Origin: Amphiscolops sp. MND2022
Lineage: Eukaryota
Reading direction: 5' to 3'
Assembly (NCBI GenBank): GCA_964187785.1
Contig: OZ076409.1
Coordinates: 18,912,001-18,976,000 of the forward strand
Length of the DNA stretch: 64,000 bases
The notes beneath the pieces were generated by a model, which saw only the letters and a list, made by a program, of their open reading frames with translations, made no database searches and was not told where the DNA came from. Each line of letters begins with the position of its first letter. The stretch's first letter is position 1. Positions 35,490-47,875 of the stretch are shown one piece after another. The translations under genes and the position numbers were made by a program.

Positions 35490-35700
35490 GCCAATAACTA
35501 TAGACCTAACCTTGAATGCTTATGAGTAGTTTGAGTAAAACATGCTAATTGACTTAAATCAATAACGTGATCAGACACTGCGGAACTACCATACGTTAAT
35601 GATACGATTTTGTCATGACATCACAGCGACAGTTACGAATTATGACACGATGATCCTTTAGACTTTGCCGTGATCAAAACGCCATACCAAGACCAAGACC

Positions 35701-36168
35701 ACCCTGGTTGGAACTGCTTGAACTTTTTACATGTTTTTGTAGGTTACCAAGCTAATTTTCTTTGATTTTAAAAACTTCTCAAAGAAACGTCTATGCATTA
35801 AACCTTCACTGATTCAATTTAGTTTTATCAAGCTGCCTATAAGATGCATCCTAAATTTGTCGGCAATTCTGCGCCGCAAAGTTTTGTAGGTTTCATTAAG
35901 ACGCCGCTCTAATTTTGAAAGCAGCAGAGACCTTCATCAATTTTACCGCGATTTTAGTTTAAATAAATTTCAGTCACTTTATAAGTTTCAAAGTAGCGTC
36001 ATATTCAGCGTGCTATTTGACTAACGGTGATTACATAAGGTACTTACTTGAGAAACTTCGCGTGAAAACAAAGTGATCGCTGCGGTGAAGAAGTGGAAAT
36101 GTTTTCAGTTTTAAATCAAATAGTGGAGGCTGCATTGTAATCCTACAAAATGTTTCCACGCATGGTCC
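35701..36168 (+). repeat. Second copy of the 28024-28492 dispersed repeat
   Basis: Colinear, high similarity by eye. Confidence 0.85.
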
Positions 36169-38683
36169 TAAGATTCGACTCACATAAGCAGCATTCTTAA
36201 CTACTGCTTTGTAATCGACGTTTTAAGGAATCACAATGGACAATTTGCATAATGCCTTCGAATGACAAGACGAACGACATACCATATTCGAAAGAAGACC
36301 CCGGTTATTCGAACAAATTGGGAATTAATGGAATGTTGAATTATAAAATTGGAGAAAACGTAAAATGTTCAGTATAGTCGATCGTGAGCAATAAAATGAA
36401 CTAATTTTTGAATAAAAGTCTTAGTTTCAGTGGCATTTTTTTCAATTTCCTTCCAAAATACCGGCCGAAAGTTTGAAAAGCTGTAAAATTTTGAAATAAT
36501 AGATGGAATATCAGATAACCGACAATTTTTATCCAGTTATAAAAATTGATGTATCTTAACTTACGTGGTTCATTCGTCCATTTTGTAAAATATATAATAT
36601 GCACGTGAAATAAACGAAAAAAAACAATGTCTTTGCTAGTTCAAGTACTGTTGAAAATCAATTCCTAAATGATGAAATAATAATGAAACGTTAATTAAGT
36701 GAATAAATTTGGCGCTATATTCTGAGACAGTATCTAGAGAAAACTGCTAAAAAGGGATTAAGAAAAATGCAGCACAGACGGCATTGAAGCGTTTTCTGTC
36801 CGGCCGAAGGACACTTTTTTGCTTTGGTCTCAAACAACAACGGGAAGTAAGCCAACCACAAGAACCATAACGTGCCGCGCGTGCTTCGAAGCGCCACGAC
36901 TATATTCCACCAATGCGGAATTATTTCTAGTCATTATATATATGCATATTATACGAGCACCGTATTTCAGAGGATAGACCTTTACTGTGTTCCACCAACG
37001 CGTTCTGACGAATTCCCGGTATCGCGGTTACAGAATGCGAGCCACTGGGAATAAATACGAACAAGCTACTATCTTTTGACTCTGTAGAAAGCGTCATATT
37101 CGAGGCGAGGACTGACGAACATCGAATTCGAATTCGAATGCGTGATCAAAGTCATATTTCTGGAAGAAACGTTTTCTTTTCAAACGAGGTCTTGCTAGTT
37201 AGCATTTGGCAGCTTTGCTGTGAAAAACAATCAGTTATCTAATGAGAGTCTGAATCAGATGAAGGTGAAACAAGTTCGGAAAGGTAAGCTTGAAATTTTA
37301 AAAGTTCAATGACCCTTTTCTTCCTCCGCCGACACACAGGGGATAAAAACTGATGGAACATGCTTCTTATCTCCCCGAAATCGTTCGCACTAAAATTTTG
37401 GTCCAAGAAAATAATCGATGACGACATAATCTTATGTTTTACATTGATTCACGATTAGAAGTTGCTGATCATATTGTGTAGACGAACTTTTGCGTTACAA
37501 TAGTGGACTTCATTTACAATTTTAGCTTGTTCTATGCCTCAAAATTTGCAACTCTGGAATCAAGTTTTAAAAAATCAGGGTAATTTTTTTGCTTGAAGTG
37601 TCCATATCAACTTGTTTTTATTTGACAGTGAGGAATGTTTGAGCTCGTCTGTTTGGGAGGGAGGGTGATTTTGAATGGAGGTATTTTGGAATTAACGACG
37701 TCACATAAGTTCATACGATCGACTACATTACGATACACGTACCGGTAAGCTGCATTTCAGTCAAGCAGCGTAATCTGTGTTATCCGTAAAATGGTCATTC
37801 AGCGTAAGTTAGTCAAGACGGTCTATGCTTCAACGGTGTAGCTGTGTCAACGCGCGTAATGGAAAATAGTGTAAGCTAGTCAAAACACGTAGTTAGTGAA
37901 AAGTGGAAGTTAGTCCAAAAATACTCTTTTTCGTAATTCAGTCAAAACTTTGACTAACTTCCGCTTTTTGCAAATTGCATATCGCTATACTTGCAATAAG
38001 TGGAAGTTAGTCAAAGTTTTGACTAACTTACACCATGTTTATATGCATTCAAAACTCAGTGTTCATTTTAATTCCAATTCATACCACAGCATCGTAAACC
38101 AGTCAAAGTAAACAATGATTCAATAAATAATTAGTTATCATTACTGAGCTCTACCGTGCATAGTACGTATAAACTGCATTCAATGTTTATTTGTTCAAGT
38201 AGTACTAATTAATACAAAATTAGTCGAGCTCTTCTTTAGAAAAAAACGACTATAGCCATGGTTTTTCGTCAATTTTTTCCATGCACCTGAACTAGCCAAA
38301 ATAGTTCTACAAAAGTTCTTCAATTTTGACAAACTCTCTTTCGGCCATCTATATTCAACATTTGAAATGTTAAAAGTGCTAAGGAGTCCCCTTCGACAAT
38401 GACGCAACCCATACCGGGTTTACCGCATACCGGATATAACATACAGTAAAGTGCGTTTTACTGAAAGGAGACGGTTTCAATCGAAGTGATAAGATTTTTA
38501 GTCACCTTTTGATTTTTACGGGAACAAAATGTTTTGAGAGCATATAGGGCCACCTTAGGATTTCTCCACACAATGCGACTTACCGAAGGTTTTTTTTAAA
38601 AAAAATAATTAGTTTCTCAGGAACTAACGGAACTTTTTTTCACTAATGAGACTCTTCTCAATAATTGTGTAAAAATCCTACGG

Positions 38684-39239
38684 TTATTAGTCGGCGCTTT
38701 TCGTAGAAAACGCAGACTATTGCAGTGACGTTTCTTTTAGTTTAAGACCAACTAAGTGACAGTTTTTATAAGCATTATAAGCTGACTTGCACTAACACTA
38801 AACTGTGCCACACTACTTCTACTGGCACTTGGCATAGAGGTTAATAAGGCTTTTTTGAGGTCTGCCAAGCAGAAGGACGTCGGTTCGAGTCCCGCCCTCG
38901 ACCAAATTTTTTTGTTCAGGTTATTTCGGCTTTGTGAGACTTTTTTTCGCAATTTTTTTAATGTCTCCAAAGGGTCCCCCTTCAATTTGTTCCTATTTTG
39001 CAAAAGAAAGGATGTTCAAAAACTCTCGAAGGGTCCCCCTTTCACATTTTCCGGCACTATGCGACTTAACAAAGACAAAAAAATTCGACAATAACTTCGA
39101 AAAAAATTTTTCCTAATGCTTTAGTTTTCCTTTAGTTTTCCTAAAGGGTACTGTAAAAGAGAATACCTGACACTTTGAAGTCCTTTTGCTATTTTTGAGC
39201 CTTAGATATGGCGCCGACTTGGGCCGTTCCCGGCTTGTT
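38684..39239 (+). mobile_element. HINE-like element carrying a tRNA-like B-box segment
   Basis: Family termini, with internal ggttcgagtccc...cca at 38882-38904. Confidence 0.7.
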
Positions 39240-40364
39240 TCGGCAATGTGTGACTTTGAAAAAAAAATTGTTCGCTCGAAGTGTACTGCCTTCACTTTCA
39301 TGAATGTCATCAGCTTGAAAAAAGAGTTTTGCGAACTTGAGGGGTCTGCTTCTTGGTCCTTCGGCACTAAGACTTTTTCAGGAAAAAACCGAAATGAAAA
39401 AACTCAATAATTGTCGTTTTTGATGACTCGAGTTACAGAAAACGCGGTTTTCCAGTCTGATGGGTATCCCTTCGGTATCCTTTTGGTATGTTTTTGGTAC
39501 TGTAAGTTTGATAAAAGTTTTCTCAAAAGTGTCCCCTCAAGCTCCGTTTTCGGGATCGAAAGAATTTTTCCGAAAAAAATTCCAAAAAAAAGTTTTTTTG
39601 TTGTTTCCAGTTGGGGGAAAAATAGTTTTCGAGCTTAATGCCCTTAGGGTATTTTTCGGCACTGAGAAAGTGATAAAAAATTTTGAAAAGTGTTCTTTGC
39701 ATATTTAAGAAACTTGGTTTTTGAAACTTGAGCGGGGCGCCGACTTAGCCCGGTCCCCGCTTGTTGAATATTTTCATACAATTTTGACCGCATGGGGAAT
39801 TATGTTCCAGAAAAAAAACAATTAATATTTGTCTCTGTGAAGGCAATCCGAACTAAAAATACCCTAAGCAAGTCGGGATTGGTCCAAGTTATTGCCCAAG
39901 GTTCAAGATTCAAGAAAAGCAAAGTGTTTTAAATATGCAAACACTCGAAAATCTTTTCTTCCCCCTTTCCTCGAAAAAACTCGAAAAATAAGCAAAAACT
40001 CGAAAAAAACCGATTTGAGAATGTCTTAAAATTTTTTCTTCCGGAAAGAAGTTTCAGTGTCGAAAACCCAAAAACTATCCATTCAATTTTGCCAAACGCT
40101 TTTTTTCAAGCCAAACAATTTCAAGTGTAGGAGTGATACCCTTTGACCAAATGAAACTTTTTTGAGAAGCGGAGGTTCGAAGTAATTGCGCTATAATCCG
40201 AAGTAAATTGCGTTTTGCGAAATGATAGGGCCTCTTTTTAGCTTTTTCAGCGCTATGAGACTTTTTTTCCGAAGAGAAAAAAATTTCGAGAAAATAGGTG
40301 GCCGTTCCCGGCTTGTTTGTTAGAGTTAGTGCTATCATTTTGCAGACAGTTAGTGTCTGTAGAG

Positions 40365-40546
40365 AGCTTCTCGACTTTACCGAAAAAAAATATGTTCAAA
40401 AATTAAAATACATGAAACAAAATCTGGCAACAGCTTTCACATTATCTGAGGGTAATTACCCTCAGATAATGTGAAAGCTGTTGCCAGATTTTGTTTCATG
40501 TATTTTAATTTTTGAACATATTTTTTTTCGGTAAAGTCGAGAAGCT
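40365..40546. repeat. Perfect 182-bp palindrome (91-bp arms, no spacer)
   Basis: Centre ...gagggtaa|ttaccctc... at 40455/40456; arms pair without mismatch. Confidence 0.95.
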
Positions 40547-41022
40547 TTTATAGTATCTAAGAAGATTTAAATACTGACAAAATCAAAAACAGTCAATTTC
40601 AGCTAAAACAATCGGATAAATTTCAAAAGAAACAATTTTGCTCGGTAAAATTGATTTTTCCTAAAACCACGCATCACCGACTCAAAGAAAATCTCGTTTA
40701 ATCCTTTTATTTTGCGACCAATGGAGTGCAGCACAAAACGTCAAAGCGCGATATGCGATGAAACTTAGCGAGAAGTATTGCGACTAATGAGCCGATGTAT
40801 AATGTTTCATCAGAACGGAGTTGAGCTTTGCTCTAACAAAAAGCTCGATCATTTGCTTACGGCGCTGCCGAGTACTCAAAAGACACACCGACTCCGTCGA
40901 ATCATCCACGTGTATGATTGCAGAAGGGAGGCTGTCCTAAAAACTTTTTCAATTATCCCACACTTGTTGATATTTTCATGTTTAATTATTTTGGGACAAG
41001 TATTGACATTGTAAGGCGGCTG

Positions 41023-42273
41023 CAGGGACTCCGTAAAAATAATGGCATTTTATGGACGTAAAGCCATAAATAATTTCCCTACTACTTCTCAAAAAATAAA
41101 TTATTTCCCTAATTTTGAAAGAAAATAAATAATGGAAATAATGGCAAATTTCCAGAAAAATTTGAATAGCAGGAAAAAATTAGATTATGCAGGAAATCAG
41201 TTCGACATCCCAGAATTTTTTATTGATTGATAAGAACAGTTCAGCTTCCAGGTGCATTGGTGTGATGTTGTGTCTTGAGTTCCCAATATTGAGCTTGGCG
41301 TGGCTAAATAAACGTTCACAGATATTCAATGTTCCCACAATCCAGCATAGATTTCCATACGTGCTGTCATCTGTTTTCCGCCGTTTGGTTAGCAAAATGT
41401 TTCCGGCAAAATCTTCGTTTTTAACATCTTATCTACCTGAATTTCATTGTTCTCTTACATTTTCAAATCTTCGTGCTCATCCAGTAAAAGGTGGACCAGC
41501 TCCAGGTCAGATTGAGGTAGAAAAGCTTTAGGTTGTGTATATCTGTCAATCATTTGAAATGTTGACGACCAACGAGTTTTGTTTCTCAATATTGGCCGTG
41601 ATTAGATAAATATCTGTGTACGGCAAGATTTAGCCTGTGACCAGGGGTATTCAACAATTAATTGTCAAAACAACTGAATTTTAAAAAAAAACAGTGAATA
41701 GAGGATTACTTTTGGGTAGGGAACAATAACTGTTTTTTGAATGGCAATGATTGCAATAATATAAACACCCCTTCTGCGAAAGTTCTTGTTGCCATTCAGG
41801 ATGATCCACGGTGATGTGGCTGATCAAGTTTGTATAACCCTTTCTTGGTAATTGTTTACGTTCTTTTCCACAAACGCAAACGTGTATATTATTACCTTTA
41901 TGAGTGAAGAATGTTTTAGCAACTTCGGCGTTCACTTTAACAGACATTAAAAAAATTCCAACTTGAAGGTAAATCAAGCACAGAGTTTGAATTAATTCAC
42001 GCTGTAAAATCCGCTGTGAATTTTAACCAATCAGAATGCGCCATGATTTGCTTGCGAAGTGTGTTCTTTGCTCGACAATGAGAAACTTTGATCACGCGTT
42101 TTGTTTGCTTTCTACTTCTGTTGGCGCCAAAATTATCTTAAATTATTTCAAGTATGTGAAATAAATTATTTCCCTAAACTCTATCTGAAAATAAATAATT
42201 TTTATTTTCGTGATGAAAAAATAAATAATTTATGGCCATTATTTCCATAAAAATTATTTTTTCGGAGTCCCTG
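41023..42273 (-). mobile_element. Internally deleted hAT DNA transposon (1251 bp)
   Basis: TIRs CAGGGACTCCG(T/A)AAAAATAAT and a perfect 8-bp TSD ggcggctg (41015-41022, 42274-42281). BED-finger remnant at 41681-41977 and hAT dimerisation motif CERLFS...LEAELFL..N...W at 41180-41395. Confidence 0.95.
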
Positions 42274-45200
42274 GGCGGCTGTGAAAGTTGCCTCGTAATT
42301 GGCACTTTTTCATTTGATGTTCGACTGCCCCGTACTACAGAATGGGCCCAATCACTTGCTACATGATAATGTTTGGTGGTTTCAGTACTCACAGTCCAGT
42401 TTTCGTATATGAAATAAAACGAAAATAACCGTTGTAAGCAGGATCGAAAGTAATTGTTATCAATTAAACGATTTTTATTATAGATGAAAAAACATTAGGC
42501 TACCAAAAGTTTACACACCAATTTCTTTCCGATCAAAGCAGTAAACACGAGACGTCACAAAATTCAACGTCACAAAATTTTTCAGTCAGATTGAAACAAC
42601 TAATTTATGGTCACAGATTTTTCTGAAATTTTCTTACCAATTGTGATGCTCTTCATTGAGCCCAAATTTAATGAATGTAGAACATTGCATTGCATTGCAT
42701 CCCAACATCAAAATGGTACCCAACTTCACGTTCATTTTTGAATTTAGGGGAAGTTCTCCTAAAGGTCAAAATTAAACTTTTTGTCAAATCGGTCTGACAA
42801 TTGTGTCAAAACCAATTTATATGCACTCGCTTTGTAACAAAAGCAGCTGAGAGGTAAGTTAAACATAACTAGCGACGGCTAGAAATTTGATGATCTATAC
42901 AAACTGTCAATGAATACTCTTTGGTTTTCGAGTGTTTTGATATGTAAATTCAATTGTTAAGTCATTTCCGCACTATTTTGACGTAGATGAAAGAGAGAAC
43001 GCCAGAGGTATCTGTGTAGCTCTGTTTTGGAGACCATTTTATTAAGAAAATACGAAAACTTTTGGGATCCTGATCAAACTATAGAAAATGACCCGGCATA
43101 TCGAATTCAAATTAACTAAACTAGGGTACCCATGGCGAGGTCTTGGAGCAACAAATGCTTGAAAAGCAAACAACGAACCATGGATTTCTACAAGACGCCC
43201 GCTGAACAGCGAGATGAATTCCGCCCCAAACTGTTCTCCAACGACATAAAGTTGAGGCTCAAGAATGAAAATGCAAAGCAGTTCGAAGAAAAGAAAGTTT
43301 TGATTCATCTAAGCCCATTTTTAGAGCAAACACATAATTAATAAACACTCAAAGTACCTAATTGTTTTACTGTTGAACTATGTGGATACCAATAACTAAC
43401 ATACCAAATTATCAGTCGGCGGTTTTCGTCAGTATTTTTTTCCAAAAACTTGATCTACCAAAAGTTCTTCAATTTTTCAAGTAACTTCTCACTGCCACTT
43501 GACCTAGCGGTTAACCGGACTTCATGCAGTCTTAGAGGCAAAGGTATGCGGGTTCGAGTCTCGCACCCACCAAAAAAGTTTTCATGTTGGAAAAGTAGGC
43601 CCCCTTGAGAACTTTTTCGGTGCAATGTCATTTTTGCAAAGTGTCACACTTTTTTGCAAACATGAACTCCCTCCCTCGTTTTTCAGCAGGAACCACAGCG
43701 TTTTGCAAGCATAGCTGGCCACTTACCGTTTTTTCCAGCAACAACTTTCTAAACATGTTTTTAAAAAGTTTAAGTTTTTAGGTTTTCTGTAAAAGAAATA
43801 TGTATCAAGAGTCTTGAGGGTCACGTTTTTGTTGTTTTTTGATCCTGTGCAACTGATGAATTTTCTGAATGATTGTCAAAAATACCTCTTTTCAACTTTT
43901 TTAGCCTCTGTGCGTCTTTCGAAAACCTTCATCTGGTCGAACGGTACCCCTTACGACTTTCAAAGCTAACTTCGGATTGAGAAAAAGTAATATTGCGAGG
44001 TAAATTTTTATCGGCACTGTAGGGCTTTCCGAAAAAAGATCAAAAATTGAACTTTTGTTTTTATTGTTGGGGAAAAGCTGTTAGCGAGTCTCAGGTAAAT
44101 TTCTTGGGGTAAATTTGGGCACTGAGAAAAAGGATAAGTTTGAAACGTTTGCCCTTGGCAAGTCTAAGGAACTTGAGCGAGGCGCCAAACTGGGCTGGTC
44201 CCAGCTTGCTATATTACTGCACATAACGTCACCAACTGAGTCAAAATTGTTTTAGGGGTCAATCTGACTACCTTTTTTTAACACGGAACTCTAGATGTCC
44301 CCACTAAAAAACCTAGTGGAAACCGAGTGTACAGCATTCTACCACAGGACGTAGCTCGAAAATTGTACAAGAAAATTGCAACAAAACGTCAAACAATTCT
44401 TGATTTTTGGGTCGTTCTCATATTTCCTTCCTACGTAGGGAATTGCAAAGACAATTTATTTGGAAGGTGTGCTACATTCTCAGTGATTTTGCTGGAAACT
44501 TTTAGAAATTTAAATATTTGACAAAAAACTTCAATAAAATACGTTTTCAAGTAAAGTTTTCCGGAAATTGTGCAGACAAATTTGTCCGATATCTCCTCAA
44601 AACACTACCGGTAGCTAAACCTTTCAATTTTGATCATATGGGCTTTCCGATTGAAGTAAACTTACGGAAAGTGTCCTAATTTGGGATTATGTTATCCTAA
44701 ACTGAGAATACCACTTTCTTTAACAAATTCCGTTTTGAATACCCTATTGTGTGAACGTTTAGTTCAATGGATGTTCTGTTCTACAAAACTTTTCGAGGTT
44801 TGAACAAACAATTGCGAATAATGTGTCAAAAACGTCCTCTGTCGTCATTTTTAGATTTTGAGGTGTTTCTGAGGCCAATTTCAGCAACAATTGCAGTTTT
44901 GTCTTCGAACACGCCTGCTGGATACCAGAATTAGTTGTTGTTGAGTTTTTGGAACCAATTGTTGCAAGAAGTTGCACAAAAATTTTTGAAAACAAGTCCA
45001 AGAAGACGTAAAAAACTAGAGAATTCTGAGTTTTTCGCATATTTCAGGTCATTCTGAGGTAACTTTTTTTCAAGAAAAAAGCGGACTTTTCTTTGAAAAG
45101 CGAGCTGCGGACCTAGTTTTACTATCTGGAGCTTTTCGAATCTTTTATCTGACAAGAATTTTCAAATCTCAAATAAAAAAGTAAAAATCACTGAGAATGT

Positions 45201-45349
45201 TAAATCAGCAAACGTTTTGATATTTTCGACATTTTGCGTGCGTTTTTGAGCCTTTTTCCAACCTGGAGTCCGCAAATATGTCTTGAAAAAGATACCAGGA
45301 TTTGAATTCAGTCATTTTTGAACGTTTTCGAACATTCTGATTCCAAATC

Positions 45350-46380
45350 AATTCAGAAAGTACACATAAATTGCACAAAAACGAAGATGTTGCAATTGTT
45401 CGACTCATTTGAAGTCATTCCGAAGTGTTTTTGAAAGAAACCGCTGCAACGTTTTCGTCAAAAAAGTACTACACGGCTTGTTCTGTCAACTTTGAATGTC
45501 TTGTAATTTCTAGTTCATCAAGTCTCTCGGAAATTGTACAAAAATTGCATCAAAATCAACAGAAACTGCATAAAAATTGACAAAAACTTGAAAGTTCGGC
45601 ATTTTTAGACAATTTGTTGGTCAATTTGATGACTTTTCTATTACAAATTGTTTTAACGAATTCGTCCATTGTTTAACAGTTTCAACATTCCAACCTAGCA
45701 AATCTTTCGAAAATTCGACAAAAATTGAATAAAAATGGTGAAAATCGGAAATTTTTGAAGAATTTGTCTGTTTCGGTGTCAATCCGTGACATTATTCTTT
45801 TGAAAAAAAAAACAGCATCTAACTCTTCACTACTCCTACTGGACAACAAAGTCTTTCCTTGTTGGTCCTCCTTTTCAACATTCCGATCTACGAATTCGAT
45901 CGAACATTTGACATAAATTGCATGAAAACCTTGAAAAATGAAAATCTTTGGAGTTTGGCCATTTTCGGTGTCAATCTGAGATACTTTTCATTTGGAAAAC
46001 CGAATTCATCTCTTCGGAAAAGCCTACTTGGGCGACGAGTTCTTGCCTTTTTGAACCTTTCCAACATACAAATCCACAACCATTTAGAAAATTTGACAAA
46101 AATTAAATCAAAATTTTGAAAATCAGGAATATTCGGGCTTTCGGTGATTTTTGGGGTCTTTTTCTTCAGGAAATACAGCTTTTATCTCTTCATAAACAAC
46201 TAGTGGACAACGAAATTTTGCCTTGTTGAATGTTTTTTCTATTTCACGATGTCTATAGAAACTTTGACAAAAATTGCATAAAAACGTTAAAAATAGGGAA
46301 ACTTTCGACTTTTTATTTTCGGGGTCATTTTGAGTCATTACGGGGTCATTTTTGTCATTCCAAAAAAAGACCAAAAATCT
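45350..46380 (+). repeat. Diverged ~180-bp satellite-like tandem array
   Basis: Recurring (t)gacaaaaattgcataaaa-like anchor at ~45361, 45538, 45717, 45908, 46093 and 46264. Confidence 0.65.
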
Positions 46381-47240
46381 CTACAAATACATATCGCACG
46401 AAGCTAATTTTATGCGAGTTGAATTCTGTGGGTGACACCCTTCAATTTGAATATAAATTTGGTGCTTGGCAAACTTTGTAAAAAAAGTTTGATTTAAATA
46501 TTTTCCTTTCCCATATGGAATGTGGGCGGAAAATAAAAACTTTTTACAACTGAGATTTCGAGAAATCGATATAGTTGTGCGTAAACTTTTTGTACCCTAC
46601 TATATACAAACCAGTGTTTGCAACAGCTTTTGTCGAAGAATTGAAACCAAGTAGCTCATGTGTTGATTTAGAAATGCGGTCTCAGATACCAACGTGAGAG
46701 TTATTACTATTCATTTATTGTTAACTTTCGAGTTCAATTTCACAATCGAACATTCTTGACTGACATTGTTTATTCAGACTAGGCTTTCATCGTTTCCACT
46801 GCATACCATTCATGTCTTTAGAACTTTCAAAGGATGGTATTTCGAAGATGTAGGGTAACTAATTTAGCGACCAGTGTACCAGCCAACTTAGCAAAAGCAA
46901 AGCATGTGTTGAAAGCGATAGAGCAAATGCTGTTCAAAATCTTCCAGAACAGCAGACTAGAACAGACGCCGCCCTTGAAGATGTATATCTTAATAGAAGG
47001 AAACTCTGGGCTCAATTCAATTCAGTTGTTCTAACTCCGCTGCCACCAAATTTTTAAAATGAATTACAAACCTTCTCTGAATTGGCTATATCATTTGTGA
47101 AATAATTATTTCATTTGAACAAAACATTTTCACAAATTTTGATGGTGATTATGTTCGAATTAACTTTATTTTTTGAACGAACTCGGCGTAAGGAGAAACT
47201 ATCATGTGAATATATGTCTACAACTTCCCACCTATAGAGG

Positions 47241-47795
47241 AACAAGCCGGGATCGGCATAAGTCGGCGCCATATCTAAGGCTCAAAAATAGCAGAAGGAC
47301 ATGAAAGTGTCAAAAAACTCAAAGTATCAAACTCACAAAAAGAGTATGAAACGCTAAAAGGTAGGACCCTTTCGCATTGTTGCAAAACATCACAAAATTG
47401 AAGGGGGAGACTTTGGTGAAAAAAAACTAAGAAGAAAGTCTCACAATGCCGAAAAACTGAAAGGGGGACGCTTTGGGATTTTTCAACATCCATTCTGTCG
47501 CAAAACATTAAAAAATTGAAAGGGGGACCCTTTGGGGAAGTTTTTTGTGAGAAAAGATTCGCAATGCCAAAATAATTGTAAGCAGGGACCCTTTAGTCCT
47601 GTAGTCTCTCCCGGTATTGTATGTTAAGCGGAAAAAGAGGAAAAACCTTTTTGGTTCAGTTCGCTAGGCTAAATGATTCAATTCGAGACCATAAAATTTC
47701 GTAGAACTTCTAAGAACTTTTTTGGTCATTTCGTGTGGAATGAAAATAGTCACTATAATAGTCGGGTTTCACTTCATGAAGCGCCAACCAAAAAA
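47241..47795 (-). mobile_element. HINE-like element, complete
   Basis: aacaagccgggatcggcataagtcggcgccatatctaagg at one end and a gtcgggtttcacttcatgaagcgcc hairpin at the other. Confidence 0.7.
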
Positions 47796-47875
47796 ACTTC
47801 ATGGTTTTACTTCAATTATTTTTGCTTTTACCATAATTTTCCGGAAAAAAATGGTGAAGTGTGGGAAAAACAGGG

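Noticed and set aside
37239..37427. 62-aa ATG ORF, and the similar 69-aa ORF at 43132-43341
   Set aside because: No recognisable homology or splice context; compatible with chance or TE debris.
43495..43575. Possible tRNA gene
   Set aside because: A/B-box-like motifs are present but no convincing acceptor or anticodon stems; treated as SINE-like.
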